From contig NW_003314291.1 in NCBI RefSeq assembly GCF_000143415.4, positions 1,282,517-1,346,516 on the forward strand: DNA of 64,000 nt, read 5' to 3'. Positions 1 through 13,473 of the stretch are shown in pieces. The notes under the pieces are model-generated. The model worked only from the letters and a program-made list of their open reading frames with translations. It made no database searches and was not told the DNA's origin. A program made the translations under genes and the position numbers. The DNA is from Selaginella moellendorffii (taxonomy: Eukaryota; Plantae; Lycopodiophyta). The number at the start of each line of letters is the position of its first letter. The first letter of the stretch is position 1.

Positions 1-10
1 GTTTCAAAAG

Positions 11-2274
11 TTGCGTGAACACAAACTGTATGCTAAGGAAAGTAAATGCGCTTTTGGTCAATTGCGTGTAAACTTTCTCGGACATATAGTTGGTGGTGGC
101 GTGATTGAAGTCGATCCAAAGAAAGTGGAAGCGGTGAAGTCTTGGGAAATCCCGACCACTGTATCAGATGTTCGTTCCTTTCTCGGTTTGGCGGGATACT
201 ATCGCAAGTTTGTCCGCAATTTTGCAAGGATTGCTCTTCCGTTAACTGAGTTGATGAAGAGTAGTATTCCGTTTCATTGGACACCAGCTTGTCAGCGTGC
301 TTTTGTACGGTTGAAGGAGATCTTGACTACGGTTCCTGTTCTCAGGATCCCAGATCTTGATAAACCCTTCGAAGTGCATTGTGATGCGTCTAGCTATGCT
401 ATTGGTGCCATGTTGCAGCAAGATTGTGACAAAGCGGTTGGTGTTACGCTAAGGCGACATGGTTGTCTCGTTGCGTTTTATTCCAAGAAATTGGATGAAA
501 CCCAACGAAGATGGCCAACGCATGAGAAAGAGATGTTTGCTATAGTGTCGGCCCTGGAACACTGGAGACACTACTTGGGTGGACACACCAAGGTTTATAC
601 AGATAGTAACACACTAAGCTACTTTGCTACGCAGCCTAAGCTTACGCCGAAGCAGGCTCGTTGGCAAGAGAAGCTTGCTAGATATGATATTGAAATCATA
701 TATAAACCTGGTAAAGACAATATTGTTCCGGATGTGTTGAGTCGTCAAGCTCAATTCCGGGCAATATCGGCAATCAGTTCGGACTGGTTGGAAGACGTTC
801 AGGCTTCATATGGAAGTGATCTATTGGCGAAGGCAATCTTATGCCGTGCGGGGTTGTTGAAGCAGAGCCCTGGTAGCGAAGCAGCAAAAGTTGCTAGTCG
901 CACTAGTGCGAAACTTCACTTCTCAGTTCGGGATGGGCTTATATTCTATAAGCAAGAAAGATTGTATCTTCCCTCTAAGGATCTCCAGCAGTTATTTTTG
1001 CGGGAACATCATGATGTTCCAGCAGCGGGACATGGTGGACAGCGAAAGACGCTAGCTTCGTTGAAAAAGGGATTTTTCTGGTCTGGTATGGAAGGTGATG
1101 TAGTGGACTATGTCCGTTCCTGCCCTATATGCCAGCAATGTAAGCGCAAAGCTGAGAAGCAGGCTGGAAAGTTGCAGTGCATTCCAGCACCGGCATAGCC
1201 ATTTCAAAGTGTGACACTTGATTTCGTCACTTGTTTGCCGAAGTCTAAAGGTTATGATACTTTGATGGTGGTTGTGGATCGGTTGTCGAAGATTGCACAC
1301 TTCATTCCAATTGTGGGAACAGTGAATGCGAAACAAGCAGCAAAGCTCTTTTTCCATGAAGTAGTGCGAGTTCGTGGTCTTCCCGAAGAGATGATCTCGG
1401 ATAGGGATTCGAGATTTACGGGGAAGTTTTGGGGCAGACTGTTCCAGTTGTTTGGTACCAAGTTAAAGTTTAGTACGGCTTATCATCCTCAGACTGATGG
1501 GCAGACCGAACGTGTAAATGCTCAAGTTGAGGATTATCTGCGGTACTATGTCGCGGCGGACCAACGCGACTGGGTTGAGCATTTGGATACAGCAGAAATA
1601 TGTTATAACAACACATTTCACAGCGCTATAGGCTGTTCTCCATGGGAGATGCTGCAAGGGAATGCTCGTGGGGTTCCTCAACAGATTGTTGTACCGAAAC
1701 CAATGTCCGAGGTGTTGGTCCCAGCCGTTGAGACTTATGCGGAGCAGCTACGCCAAGGTTGATCTAGAGCTACTGAGGCGATGGGCAAAGCTCAAGATAG
1801 GTATCGACGTGATAAGGATCAACATCGTCAGGATGTATCCTATCAAGTGGGAGATCAGGTGTGGCTATCTTCCCGAAACTTGAACATTAAGGGTTCTTTG
1901 TCTCGGAAGCTCTTGCCGAGATATGTTGGACCCTATCGGGTGCTAAAACGCATTGGTGATGTATCCTACGGTTGGATCTGCCTGTGGAGATGTCCAATGT
2001 TCATAATGTATTTCATGCCAATCTATTGACTCCTTACACTATGGATGATGCACGTCAAGGGGAGATTCGTCCGCCACCAAATGTTGTGGATGGTGAACCT
2101 GAATATGAAGTTGAAGCTATCTTGGATGCTCGGTCTCGAAGACAAGCTCATACGAAGGAATATCTAGTTAAGTGGAAAGGTTACCCGACTTGTGAATCAA
2201 CTTGGGAACCTCTTAGGAATCTTACACATGCTCGTGAGTTTGTCATGGAGTATGAGAATCGTAATAAAAACTAG
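11..2274 (+). pseudogene. pol fragment (RT/RNase H/integrase/chromodomain) with premature stops and a frameshift
   Basis: ORFs 11-1198, 1211-1762, 1781-2029 and 1972-2274 are collinear pol pieces separated by stops and a 1-nt frameshift near 1970. Confidence 0.93.
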
Positions 2275-2498
2275 CTTTTGTAAATCTTGTAATAAATCTT
2301 GCAAATTAATAAAATACTATATTTCTATACTCAAAGTGTCGTCTCTCTCGTTCATTAGTACTTGGGTCAGTTTTGGCAGGTTGACTTCGGCACTTCGGTG
2401 CATGGGTCCAATCCATAACCATGGGGATAACTATTATAGACTGATCACAAGTCCCCGCCTCTCTCTCGATGACTCATTTTCGAAAAGGGGCGTAGTCG

Positions 2499-3805
2499 TG
2501 TAAACAACTTAATCTGCCAGTTTATAGTAGTTATCTAAATTTTCCCGACGGGGTTGATTTCTTGCTCAGGGGATGTTGGGCCTCTGGCCCTTTCCCTATG
2601 TCCCTGCGGGCAGGGATGTATCATTCCTTTGTAAGCCGAGTGGTCCTCGGAGCAGCAAGGGTGGCTAACTTTGCTAGTCATTTCCTTGTCGGTGATGGCC
2701 GGAGGGTGTCTGAGTCTTAACGTCTTTGGATATAGAGGAGAGGTAGTTCCATAACTCATTTAAGTCGGTGTGTTTCCCACATAGTGTGCTTTCCATTAAC
2801 TTTCGGAGTTGTTTCCTTGACGGTTTGCTAGACTCGGGTATGCATCGACGAGGACGTCGATCTTCCCTAAGGGGGGGAGAGTGTCGCGAATGTGACTTCG
2901 GGTATCGAAAGATACTTGTCGACCGGTCCTTACGGACACTCTTTCCTTACTGCCATGACGGCAGGAGATCGGTACAGTTGGATCCCTTTAGTAGCCCCTC
3001 TTGTGCTAATGGAGTTAATTGGGCATTTCGAGTGTACTTAGACCGGACGAGCATAAGGATGGAATTCCTATGTGCTATTAGCTAAGCATACTTAGCCCGG
3101 TAAGGAGTTCCCGTCTCGTTTTGTCTTACACTTGCTAGTGACAAGAACCCTCGCGTATTGAGACTAGTCCCTCAATATCGCTGGATGATAGCTTACCGTG
3201 TCTGCCAAACACCCTCGCTATCACGCCCTTTTGTGTTGGTCTTATTTCGGTCCCAAATGCTATTTATGGAAAGTGTCTAGATTAGCTCATTTGGCATATC
3301 TACGGAATGTAGAGATCAGCCTGAACACAATGGTGTTCGTCCCGTGTCCAAATTCGCAATCTAAGGACATTCCATATTTAGTAAGTTTCGAGTTTGTCCC
3401 AGAGACTAACTCCTGGTACTAAGGGAGGCTTGGGGTGAAAGCCCAAAGCATGTGTTCCTCAAGGGGGGGGGGGGGGCTATGGGGGGTTCCAAATGTATAG
3501 TAGGGATAGTGGTTGGAATGCATGTCCGACCACCTGAGACATTAGTTTGGCTCCCATTGGGCTGTGTCGCTCCTTGTTCTGCGTCCGGCTTGGGTCTAAG
3601 CCCAAGCTCCACTCTGCTCTAGTCGGTGGAGTACCCTCCTCCTTGCGTTAAGCCACCGGTATGCCAAAATTGTGCCAGACTCTGTCTGACACCATTTTGC
3701 GTGCAGGTGCTGGATACGGGGAGCTGGTGCTCATGGGATTGCACCGGACCCTCGTTTCGTAGCGCAACGAGCTTGGAGTTCGGCTCCAAATTCAGGTGCG
3801 CTACA
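2499..3805 (+). repeat. Family A LTR (~1.3 kb)
   Basis: Starts TGTAAACAAC right after the PPT and ends GCGCTACA; the same termini occur on the minus strand at 7109 and 8857. Confidence 0.9.
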
Positions 3806-5859
3806 GTAACACACTTGAATTTGGAGCTGAACTCCAAGCCTATTATGCTACGAAACGAGGGTCTGGTACAATTCCACAAACACTAACTCCCCATATCCAG
3901 CATGTACAAGCAAAATGGTGTTAGACAATGTCTCGCACAATTTTGGCATACTGGTGGTCTAACACGAGGAGGAGGGTACCCCATCGACTAAAATAGCGTG
4001 GAGCTTGGGCTTAGACCTAAGCCGGACACCAAACAAGGAGCAACACAGTCTAGTGAAAGCCAAACTAATATCTCAGGTGGTCGAATATGCATTCTAACCA
4101 TTATCCCTACTATATATTTGGAACCCCTATAGCACCCCCCCTCCCCCGCCCCCCCTTTGAGGAACATACACTTTGGGATTTCACCCCAAGCCTTCCTTAG
4201 TACTAGAAGCTAGTCTCCAAGACAAGTTTGAAATTTACTAAACATGGAATGTCCCTAAATTGTGAATTTGGACATGGGACGAACACCATTGTATTCAAGA
4301 CAATCTCTACATTCCATAGATGTGCCAAATGAGCAAATCTAAACACTTTCTATAAATAGCATTTGGGACTGAAATGAGACTTAACACAAAAGGCATGATA
4401 GCAAGGGTATTTAGCAAACACGGTAAGTTATCATATAGTGATATTGAAGCACTAGACTCAATATGCGAGGGTTCTTGTCAAGCCAGTGCAAGACAGAGCA
4501 AAAGAGAACTAAAAAGCCAGGCCAAGTATACTTGGCTTTAGAAATTCCTTCTTTATGCTGATCCAACCAAGTACAGATGTTAAGTTTAGTTTACTAACAG
4601 TTAGACAAGAGGGGCTAATAAAGGGAATCAATAATACCAACCTCCTGCTGTTATGGCAATAAAGAGAGAGTGCCCGTAAGGATTAGCTAACATATATCTT
4701 TCGATACCCGAAGTTACATTCGCGACACTCCCCCCCCCCTTGGGGAAGATCGACATCCTCGTCAATACATACCCGAGTCTAGTAAATTGTTAAGGAAACA
4801 ACTCCGAAAGTTAACAGAAAGCACACTATGTGGGAAACACATTGACTTAAATGAGTTATGGAATGACCTCTCCTCTATATCCAAAGATCCAAAGACGTTA
4901 AGATTTAGACACCCTCCAGCCGTCATCGATAAGGAAATGACTAATGGAGGTAGCCACCTTTGCTGCTCTAAGTACCATTTGGCTTACAAAGGAATGATAC
5001 ATCTCGGCCTGCAGGGACATAGAGAGAAGGCCAAAGGCCCAACTTCCCCTGAGCAAGAAATCAACCTCGTCGGGAAGATTTTGACAACTATTATAAACTG
5101 GCAGATGAAGTTGTTTACACAACCACACCCCTTTTCAAAAATGAATCATCGAAAGAGAGGCAAGGACTTGTGATCAATCTATAATAGTTATCCCCATGGT
5201 TATGGATTGAACCCATGCACCATAGTGTCAAAATCAGCCTACCAAAATTGACCCAAGTACTAATGAGAGAAATGAAACAGTGATTATAGAAAATAGATTA
5301 CTTTATTAATTTGCAAGATTTATTACAAGATTTACAAAAGTTAGTCTTTATTTTAATTCTCATACTCCGTGACAAGCTCACGAACATGTGTAAGATTACT
5401 AAGAGGTTCCTAAGTTGATTCACAAACTGGGTAAGTTTTCCATTTAACTAAATACTCTCGATACTTGGCACGTTTAAGCTAGCATGTACCCCAAATAGCT
5501 TCCACTTCATATTCAGGTTCACCATCCACAACTTTTGGTGGCGGACAAATCTCCACTTGACGTGCAACATCCATAATATACGGAGTCAATAAATTAGCAT
5601 GAAATACATTATGAACATTAGACATCTCCACAGGAAGATCAACTAATAGGATATATTACCAATGCATTTCAACACCCAATAAGGTCCAACATATCTTGGC
5701 AATAATTTCTGAGATAAAGATCTCTTAATATTCAAGTTCCGGGAAAATAGCCACACTTGATCTCCCACTTGATAGGACACATATTGACAATGTTAATCCT
5801 TATCATGTCGATACCTATCTTGAGCTTTTCCCATTGCCTCAATAGCTTTAGACCAACCT
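3806..5859 (-). mobile_element. Older family A copy (3' LTR 3806-5119, PPT, decayed chromodomain/integrase end), tail-to-tail with copy 1
   Basis: Reverse-complement similarity to ~1756-3804 with many C>T/G>A changes. Confidence 0.9.
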
Positions 5860-5864
5860 CACTA

Positions 5865-6225
5865 CACAAACAACGAAGTGTTAGCCATCCATCCACAGAT
5901 TTCAAAATTCTCTCTCAATCCCCCTTCCTGAGTTAGATTGGAGTTAAAGTTTGGTTACACTCCTTGTAAACATAAACAACCAAGCACATTAAGCCTCCAA
6001 GTTCCTAACCTCCCTTGGTACAATAAAACTTGATTATAGGACCCTTTATATCTCAAGCCTTGGGTGCATCACTTGTTTCAAGACCCAAAGGGGGAAACAC
6101 CATGGCCTAATGACTCAGTATGGGTACCCTTACTCCCCCACTTCCATCCCAAAGGAAAGGCCTGAGCCCTAGGAAGGGGTGAAGACCAATAAATTGCATG
6201 GTACTCATATGAGGCACCACTCACT
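5865..6225 (-). repeat. Degenerate fragment of a family C-like LTR (3' half)
   Basis: Matches 48180-48530, e.g. GTTAGCCATCC and CCCCACTTCCATCCC-AAGGAA. Confidence 0.7.
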
Positions 6226-7108
6226 ATTCTTTTATGTGTGTAACTTGTATAATTGGAGAGTAGGATTTTGGCTGGTGCCACCTAAAGTATGGGCACAAGA
6301 GCGATTAACAACAATACGAGAAGTTGATTTTGGAAAGATTTTCTTGTATCACTAGTGCTGGTTTTCTTTGAAGTTGTTATGAAAGAATCCACGTATCATC
6401 TTTGGAGATTGGATGCACCTTCCACCTCAATTATCAAATAATTATAAGAAAGAAAAAAAGAAGTTATTCACTCAAAAATTTGGCCAGAACTTTATTTTGC
6501 AAAGAAGACTGTATGCTACGATCATTAAATCACTAATGTTATAGCAAGATGAAGGACACTAGATGAGATAGAACTTACTTACTTTTGTTGGTCTATCTTA
6601 TTTCAGAAAAATTAACAACATCTTAAGTTTGTGGGCAATAGAAGTTATCAATGATGTGAACAAGTCTAAACAACTTGCTTGCAATTGTGATTCTTGGTTT
6701 TTTGTGGTGTTCTCGATTATCTGTACTTTTATTGATCTTACCCTGATAGAGTAAAAAAGAATATCAAACTTATAGATCTTCTTCTTCTTCTGTTGAGGCA
6801 TTTTATTTGCTTTTATTGTATGTTTTTGGTAGGTAGTTTCAAGAGTTGCACATTTAATAGTTTAAATTATTTAGTCGTTGATTATTTAGCACTATAGAAA
6901 CAATCCACATGAGCCAGAAGCACTACAGTTCATTTCCTTTCTGGGAGTGAGAGTTACTTTTGAGCACTTCCTTGGGTGCCCTCTCTAGCACCACCCGAGT
7001 CCATACTCAGTCCACCCAAAGCCCTTAAGCCCCAATCCCATCCTTACGTAGGTTTGAAAGCACTACTAAACAGTTCCTTCAAAACTAATCGGACTCGATC
7101 TCAGACTT

Positions 7109-10100
7109 TGTAGCGCACCTAAATTTAGAGCCAAACTCCAAGGCCGTTGCGCTACAAAACGAGGGTCTGGTACAATCCTACAAGCACTAGCTCTTCTTTG
7201 CACGCAAAATGGTGTCAGATAGAGTTTGGCACAATTTTGGCATACTGGTGGCCTAACGCAAGAAGGAGGGTACCCCACCAACTAGAGCAGCATGGATCTT
7301 GGGCTTAGACCTAAGCCGGATGCAGAACAAGGAGCGACACAGCCTAGAGGGAGCCAAACTAATGTCTCAAATGGTCGGACATGCAATCCAACCACTATCC
7401 CTACTATACATTTGGAACTGCCCATATCCCCCTCTGAGGAACACACGCTTTGGGCTTTCACCCCAAGCCTCCCTTAGTACCAAGAGTTAGTTTCTGGAAC
7501 AACCTTAAAACTTACTAAATATGGAATGTCCCTAGATTGCGAATTTAGACACGGGATGAACACCATTGTGTTCAAACCGACCTCTACATTCCGTAGATAT
7601 GCCGAACAAATGAATCTAGACACTTTTTATAAATAACACTTGGGACCGAAATGAGACTAACACAAAGGGCATGATAGTGAGGGTGTTTAGCAAATACGGT
7701 AAGCTATCATTTAGTGAATATTGAGGGACTAGTTTCAATATCACGGGGGTTCCCAACACTAGCAAGTGCAAGCCAATATCATGAGTTTCTCGTCACCGTG
7801 TCAAGTATGCTTGACTTAATGATAACTTAGGATTTCCTTCCTTAGTGCCCTTTTGGTCTATGTGCACATGTGTTGACCAGTTTCTCAACTAACTTGGGTA
7901 GAGACCATGAAGGGAACTAGTAGTACTGACCTCCTGCTAAAGGAGTTAGTCTCGAAAACAAGCTCGAAACTTACTAAATATGGAATATCCCTAGGTTGCG
8001 AATTTGGACATGGGACGAACACCATTGTGTTCAGTCCGACCTTTACATTCCATAGATATGCCAAACGAGCGAATCTAGACACTTTCCATAAATAGCACTT
8101 GGGACCGAAATGAGACTAACACAAATGGCATGAGCAAGAGTGTTTTGCAAATATGGTAAGCTATCATATAGTGACTATTGAGGGGCTAGTCTCAATATCG
8201 CAGGATCTCAATATCCCAACACTAGCAAGTGCAAATTAACGAATGAGTTTCTCTAACCAAGTCAAGTATGCTTGACAAATAGCATGTAGGAATTCCTTCT
8301 TTATGCTCATCTGGTCAAGTGCACACGTAATGACCAGTTTCTCAACTAGCTTGATTGGAGACCATAAAAAGGATCAGCAATATCGACCTCCTGCCGTCGT
8401 GGTAGTAAAGAAAGAGTGTCCGTAAGGACTGGGCGACAAGTATCTTTCGATACCCGAAGTTACATTCATGACACTCTCCCCCCCCTTGAGGAAGATCGAC
8501 GTTCTCGTCGATGCATACCCGAGTCTAGCAAACTGTTAAGGAAACAACTCCGAAAGTTAACGAAAAGCATAGTATGTAGGAAACACGCCGACTTAAATGA
8601 GTTGTAGAATGGCCTCTCTTCTATGTCCAAAGACGTTAAGACTCAAACACCCTCCGGCTGTCACTAACAAGGAAATGACTAATGGAGTTAGCCACCCTTG
8701 CTGCTCCGAGTACCACTCGGCTTACAAAGGAATGATACATCCCTACCCGCAGGGACATAGGGAGAGGGCTAGAGGCCCAACTGCACCTGAGCAAGAAATC
8801 AACCCCATCGGGAAGATTTAGACAACTATTATAAATTGGCAGATTAAGTTGTTTACATGACCACACCCCTTTGCAAAAATGAGTCATTGAGAGAGAGGTA
8901 GGGACTTGTGATCATGGTTATGGATTGGACCCATGCACCAAAGTGCCAAAGTCAGTCTGCTAAAACTCACCCAAGTACTACGAACGAGAGAAACGAAACT
9001 TTGATTTATAGAAATATATTATTTTATTAATTTGCAAGATTTATTACAAGATTTACAAAACTATTCTTTATTACGATTTTCATACTCCGTGACAAACTCA
9101 CAAGCATGTGTAAGATTCCTAAGAGGCTCCCAAGTTGATTCACAAGATGGGTAACCTTTCCACTTAACTAAATATTTCTTGGTTCGACCACCATGTGCCT
9201 TACAAGACAAAAGAATAGCCTCAACTTCATACTTCGGTTCACCATCAATAACATTCGGAGCTGAACAAACATCCCTAGAGTGGCTAGGATCCTCATGATA
9301 TGGGGCTAGTAAACTGACATAAAACACATCATGAAGTCTGGATATCTCTTGTGGAATATCCAACTAATAGGATATATTAGATAGGGTTCAACATATCTTG
9401 ATAATTGCTTCCGAGATAAAGATCCCTTAATGTTCAAGTTCCGGGAAGATAGCCACAATTAATCTCCCACTTGATAGGATACATCCCGACAATACTAATC
9501 TTTATCACATCAATACCTATCTTGAGCTTTGCCCATCGTCTCAATAGCTCTAGACCAACCTTGGCGTAGCTGCTCCGCATAAGTTTCAATGGCCGAGACC
9601 AACACTTCGGACATTGGTTTCAGTACAGCAATCTATTAAGGCACCCCACGAGAATTTCCTTGCAACATCTCCCATGGAGAACAACCAATAGCTCTGTGAA
9701 ATGTGTTGTTATAACAAATTTTTGCTGTGTCTAAATGCTCAACCTAGTTGCGTTGGTCCACCGCGACATAGTACCGTAGATAATCCTCAACTTGAGCATT
9801 CACGTGTTCAGTCTGCCCATCAGTCTGAGGATGATAAGCCGTATTAAACTTCAACTTAGGTACCAAATAGCTGGAATAGTGTGCCCCAAAACTTCCCCGT
9901 AAATCTCAAATCTCTATCTAAGATCATCTCTTCGGGAAGACCACGAACTTGAACTACTTCATGGAAAAAGAGCTTTGCTACTTGTTTTGCATTCACTATT
10001 CCCATAGTTGGAATGAAGTGTGCAATATTTGACAATTAATCTACAACCACCATCAAAGTATCATAACCCTTAAATTTCGGCAAACAAGTGACGAAATCAA

Positions 10101-13100
10101 GTGTCACACTTTGAAATGGCCATGCCGGTACTAGAATGCACTGCAACTTTTCATCCTGCTTCTCAGTTCTATGCTTACATTGCTGGCATATAGGGCAAGA
10201 ATGGATATTGTCTACTACATCACCTTCCATACCAAACCAGAAAAATCCCTTTTTCAATGATGCTAGAGTCTTTTGCTTTCCACTATGTCCCGCTGCCGGA
10301 ACATCATGATGTTCTCACAGAAACAACTGCTGCAGATCCTCAGAAGGAAGATACAATCTTTCTTGTTTATAGAATATAAGCCCATCCTGAACTGAGTAGT
10401 GAAGCTTCACATTGGTGTGACTAGCAACTTTCGCTGCTTCACTACCAGGGTTCTGCTTCGACAACTCCATATGGCGTAAAATTGTCTTCACCAATGGATT
10501 ACTTCCATACAAAGCTCAAACGTCCTCCAACCAGTCTGAATTGATTGCTGATATTGCTCGGAACTGAGCTTGACAACTCAACGCATCCGAAACAATATTA
10601 TCTTTACTAGGTTTATATATGATTTCAATATTATATCTAGCAAGCTTCACTTGCCAAAAAGCCTACTTCAGTGTAAGCTTTGGCTATATAGCAAAGTAAC
10701 TTAGTGTATTACTATCCATATAAACCTTGGTATGTCCACCCAAATAATGTCTCTAATGTTCTAGTGCTGACACTATAGCAAACATCTCTTTCTTGTGCAT
10801 TGGCCATCTTTATTGAGTTTCATCCAATTTCTTGGAATAGAATACAATGGGACAATCATGTCGCCTTAGCGTAACACCAACCACTTTGTCACAATCTTGC
10901 TGCAACACAGCACCAATAGCATAGCCAAATGCATCACAATGCACTTCGAAGGGTTTATCAAGATTTGGAATCCTAAGAACAAGAACTGTAGTCAAGATCT
11001 CCTTTAACCGTGCAAAAGCACATTGGCAAGTTGGTGTCCAATGAAATGAAATATTACTCTTTGTCAACTCAGTCAACGGAAAAGCAATTCTTGCGAAATT
11101 GCAGACAAATTTGCAATAGTATCCCGCCAAATTGAGAAAGGAACGAACCTCTGATATAGTGGTCAGGACTTCCTAAGACTTCACCGCTTCCACCTTCTTT
11201 GGATCCACCTCAATTACGCCACCACCAATTATATGTTTGAGAAAGTTTAATTGTCCAAAAGCGCATTTACTTTCCTTAGCATTCAATTGGTGGTCATGCA
11301 ATTTCTAAAACACCAGCTCCAAGTATTTCAAATGATCCTCCAATGTTTCGTTGAAGACTAAAACATCGTTGATGTATAGGACAAAAAATGTGTCTAAATA
11401 ATCTCCGAATATTCTATCTATCATAGTGTTGAACGTTGCCGGAGCATTGCATAACCCGAGCGGCATGACAAGGAACTCATAAGATTTGTACCGAGTTTTA
11501 AAGGTTGTCTTCTCCACATCCTGATTTGCCATCTGTATTTGATGATACCTAGACCATAAATCAAGTCGCGTAAAATACTTAGCCTTTAAGAGGTGGTCAG
11601 ACTAGTCATCAATACGAGGCAAAGGATAACTATTTTTGACCATGATCTTACTGAGTGCTTGATAGTCAATACACATCCTCATGGTTCCATCCTTTTTCAT
11701 AACAAAAAGGACTGATGCTCCATAAGGTGACTTGCTTGGTCAAATATGACCTTTGTCAAGAAGCTTCGTAAGTTGTTTCTTGAGTTCAGCTATCTCCTTG
11801 ATGTTCAAACGATATAGAGTTTTTGTAGGTGGTTTAGAACCCGGAACAACCTCAAGCCAATGATTAACCTCACGGCTAAGAGGTAACCCTGGTAGCAAAT
11901 CCTTCGGGAAGATATCCTAATTCTGCGCCAACAACTCCAATATCCTCTCTGGTATAGGATCAACCCTATCGCCAATTCGAACTAAGTTACCAACACCCTC
12001 AGCTTCCATCACTTGAACCCAAAAGATCCGACATCCCTTCTTAGCTATTTTTTGAGTAGCTTTCGCAGTCAAGAACTTTGCATCCCAATCCTTTGAGGAG
12101 CGCTTCTGCAACTGGAAGGACACATCGGGACATCCTTTGGACTTCAACCTGATACGACTTTATCTAGCACCATAAATCCCTTTAATATATTTGTTGAAGA
12201 AATCCATATCAAACACCATCTGAAAATATGGTATCTTCAACACTACAAAGTCCACTCTTTCTTTCCACTTGGATATTTTTATTAGAACATCACTCACAAA
12301 TTTTATGGCTACTTGCCTACCTTCTGCAAACCGGAAGTGCCTAGGTGACATTTGCTCAACATTCAATCCTAACAACTTAACTAAGTCTTCAGATATCACA
12401 TTGTGCGTAGCTCCTGTGTCAATCATCACTCGAATTCGGTGTCCACGGACAAAGCCTACCAAATACATCAACAGGTCAATGTTTGCATTGATTGCGAGAA
12501 AAGCTTGAAGAAAGTAACGAAAGTAACTCACCTCCTCTTCCTCATAGTTTGCATTGAACAACTCGTCAACCCCTTCAGCTTCACCACCACTGTCTTCCCT
12601 CATAACATTAACACGAGACCTTGTTTTATGCTTGTTGGGACATTTCAAGGACCTATATCCCGACTCTCCACAATGGAAGCAATGACCCACACTACCCGTT
12701 TTGCTAGGAGTAAGGTTTGTAGGTTGCTACTGCTTGTACCCACCAAGAGGAGGAACAAAGGGCCTAGGACCAGAAGAAGTTACTAGTGGTCTCTAGCCAC
12801 CACCACCTTTGTTAACTATTGCTTGTGATAGAACCTGCCTTCTACCCTTTGTTTCTGATCACCTTGTTTATTCCCAGAATTTTTATTCTTGTCCGAGGTA
12901 CCAGCATACAACTATTGATATTGTTCTGTGAGTGAGTGACTAAAGGCAACTTGCTGCGTTGCCTTCTTACACTTTAGGTACTTTTTTGGTTTAAACTTCA
13001 AAATCTCATTGCGAGAAAGTGAACTTAAACCTTCCAAAAATAACTTCGAGCATCTTCGTCACTCATATTTGCAATCATACTGCGCTTCTGAGCAAACACA

Positions 13101-13473
13101 TTAACATAATGCATGAGGTCCCCTCACTGCTTTAACCACTGCAGCTCCGCGCGAAGTCTTAGACCAAGATCATCTGGCAAGTATTCCTTACGGATACGAG
13201 ACCACATCTTGGTCCAACTTCTCTTTTTCATCACACCTAGCACCACCAAATTTTGGCATGATTGGTGAGAAAGGATTACACGCATGCAACTTTTGTATGA
13301 TCATCTACATCTGCCACTATGATATAGTTTTCCATATCGTAGACCCAGTCTTCCAAAACTGGATAGTCCTACATGCCTCTGAAATTGGGTGGTTTCGGAG
13401 GCTTGAACTTTAAAACTTGTGCAACTAGGGGCGATTGCAAAACTTCATCGTCCTCAAAACTTGAAGAGGAGTC
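7109..13473 (-). mobile_element. Family A copy 3, decayed: 3' LTR 7109-8857 with an internal duplication, and a gag-pol pseudogene truncated at 13473 by the family C element
   Basis: TGTAGCGCACC terminus at 7109; fragments of zinc knuckle (CFHCGESGYRSLKC), protease (IDTGAT), RT (YIND), RNase H, integrase and chromodomain. Confidence 0.92.

Larger units (their letters stand above)
1..3805 (+). mobile_element. Ty3/Gypsy chromovirus, family A copy 1 (3' part: RT end, RNase H, integrase, chromodomain, PPT, 3' LTR)
   Basis: Motifs FLGHIV, VRSFLGLAGYYRKF, CDAS, HHCC zinc finger, YHPQTDGQTER, GPY and chromodomain EYEVEAILD...YLVKWKGY; purine tract 2482-2498; LTR TG...CA at 2499-3805. Confidence 0.95.

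Noticed and set aside
4787-5173. Recurrent antisense ORF in family A LTRs (also 2535-2759 and 8597-8821)
   Set aside because: Recurrence reflects LTR homology; starts and stops differ among copies and no domain is recognisable
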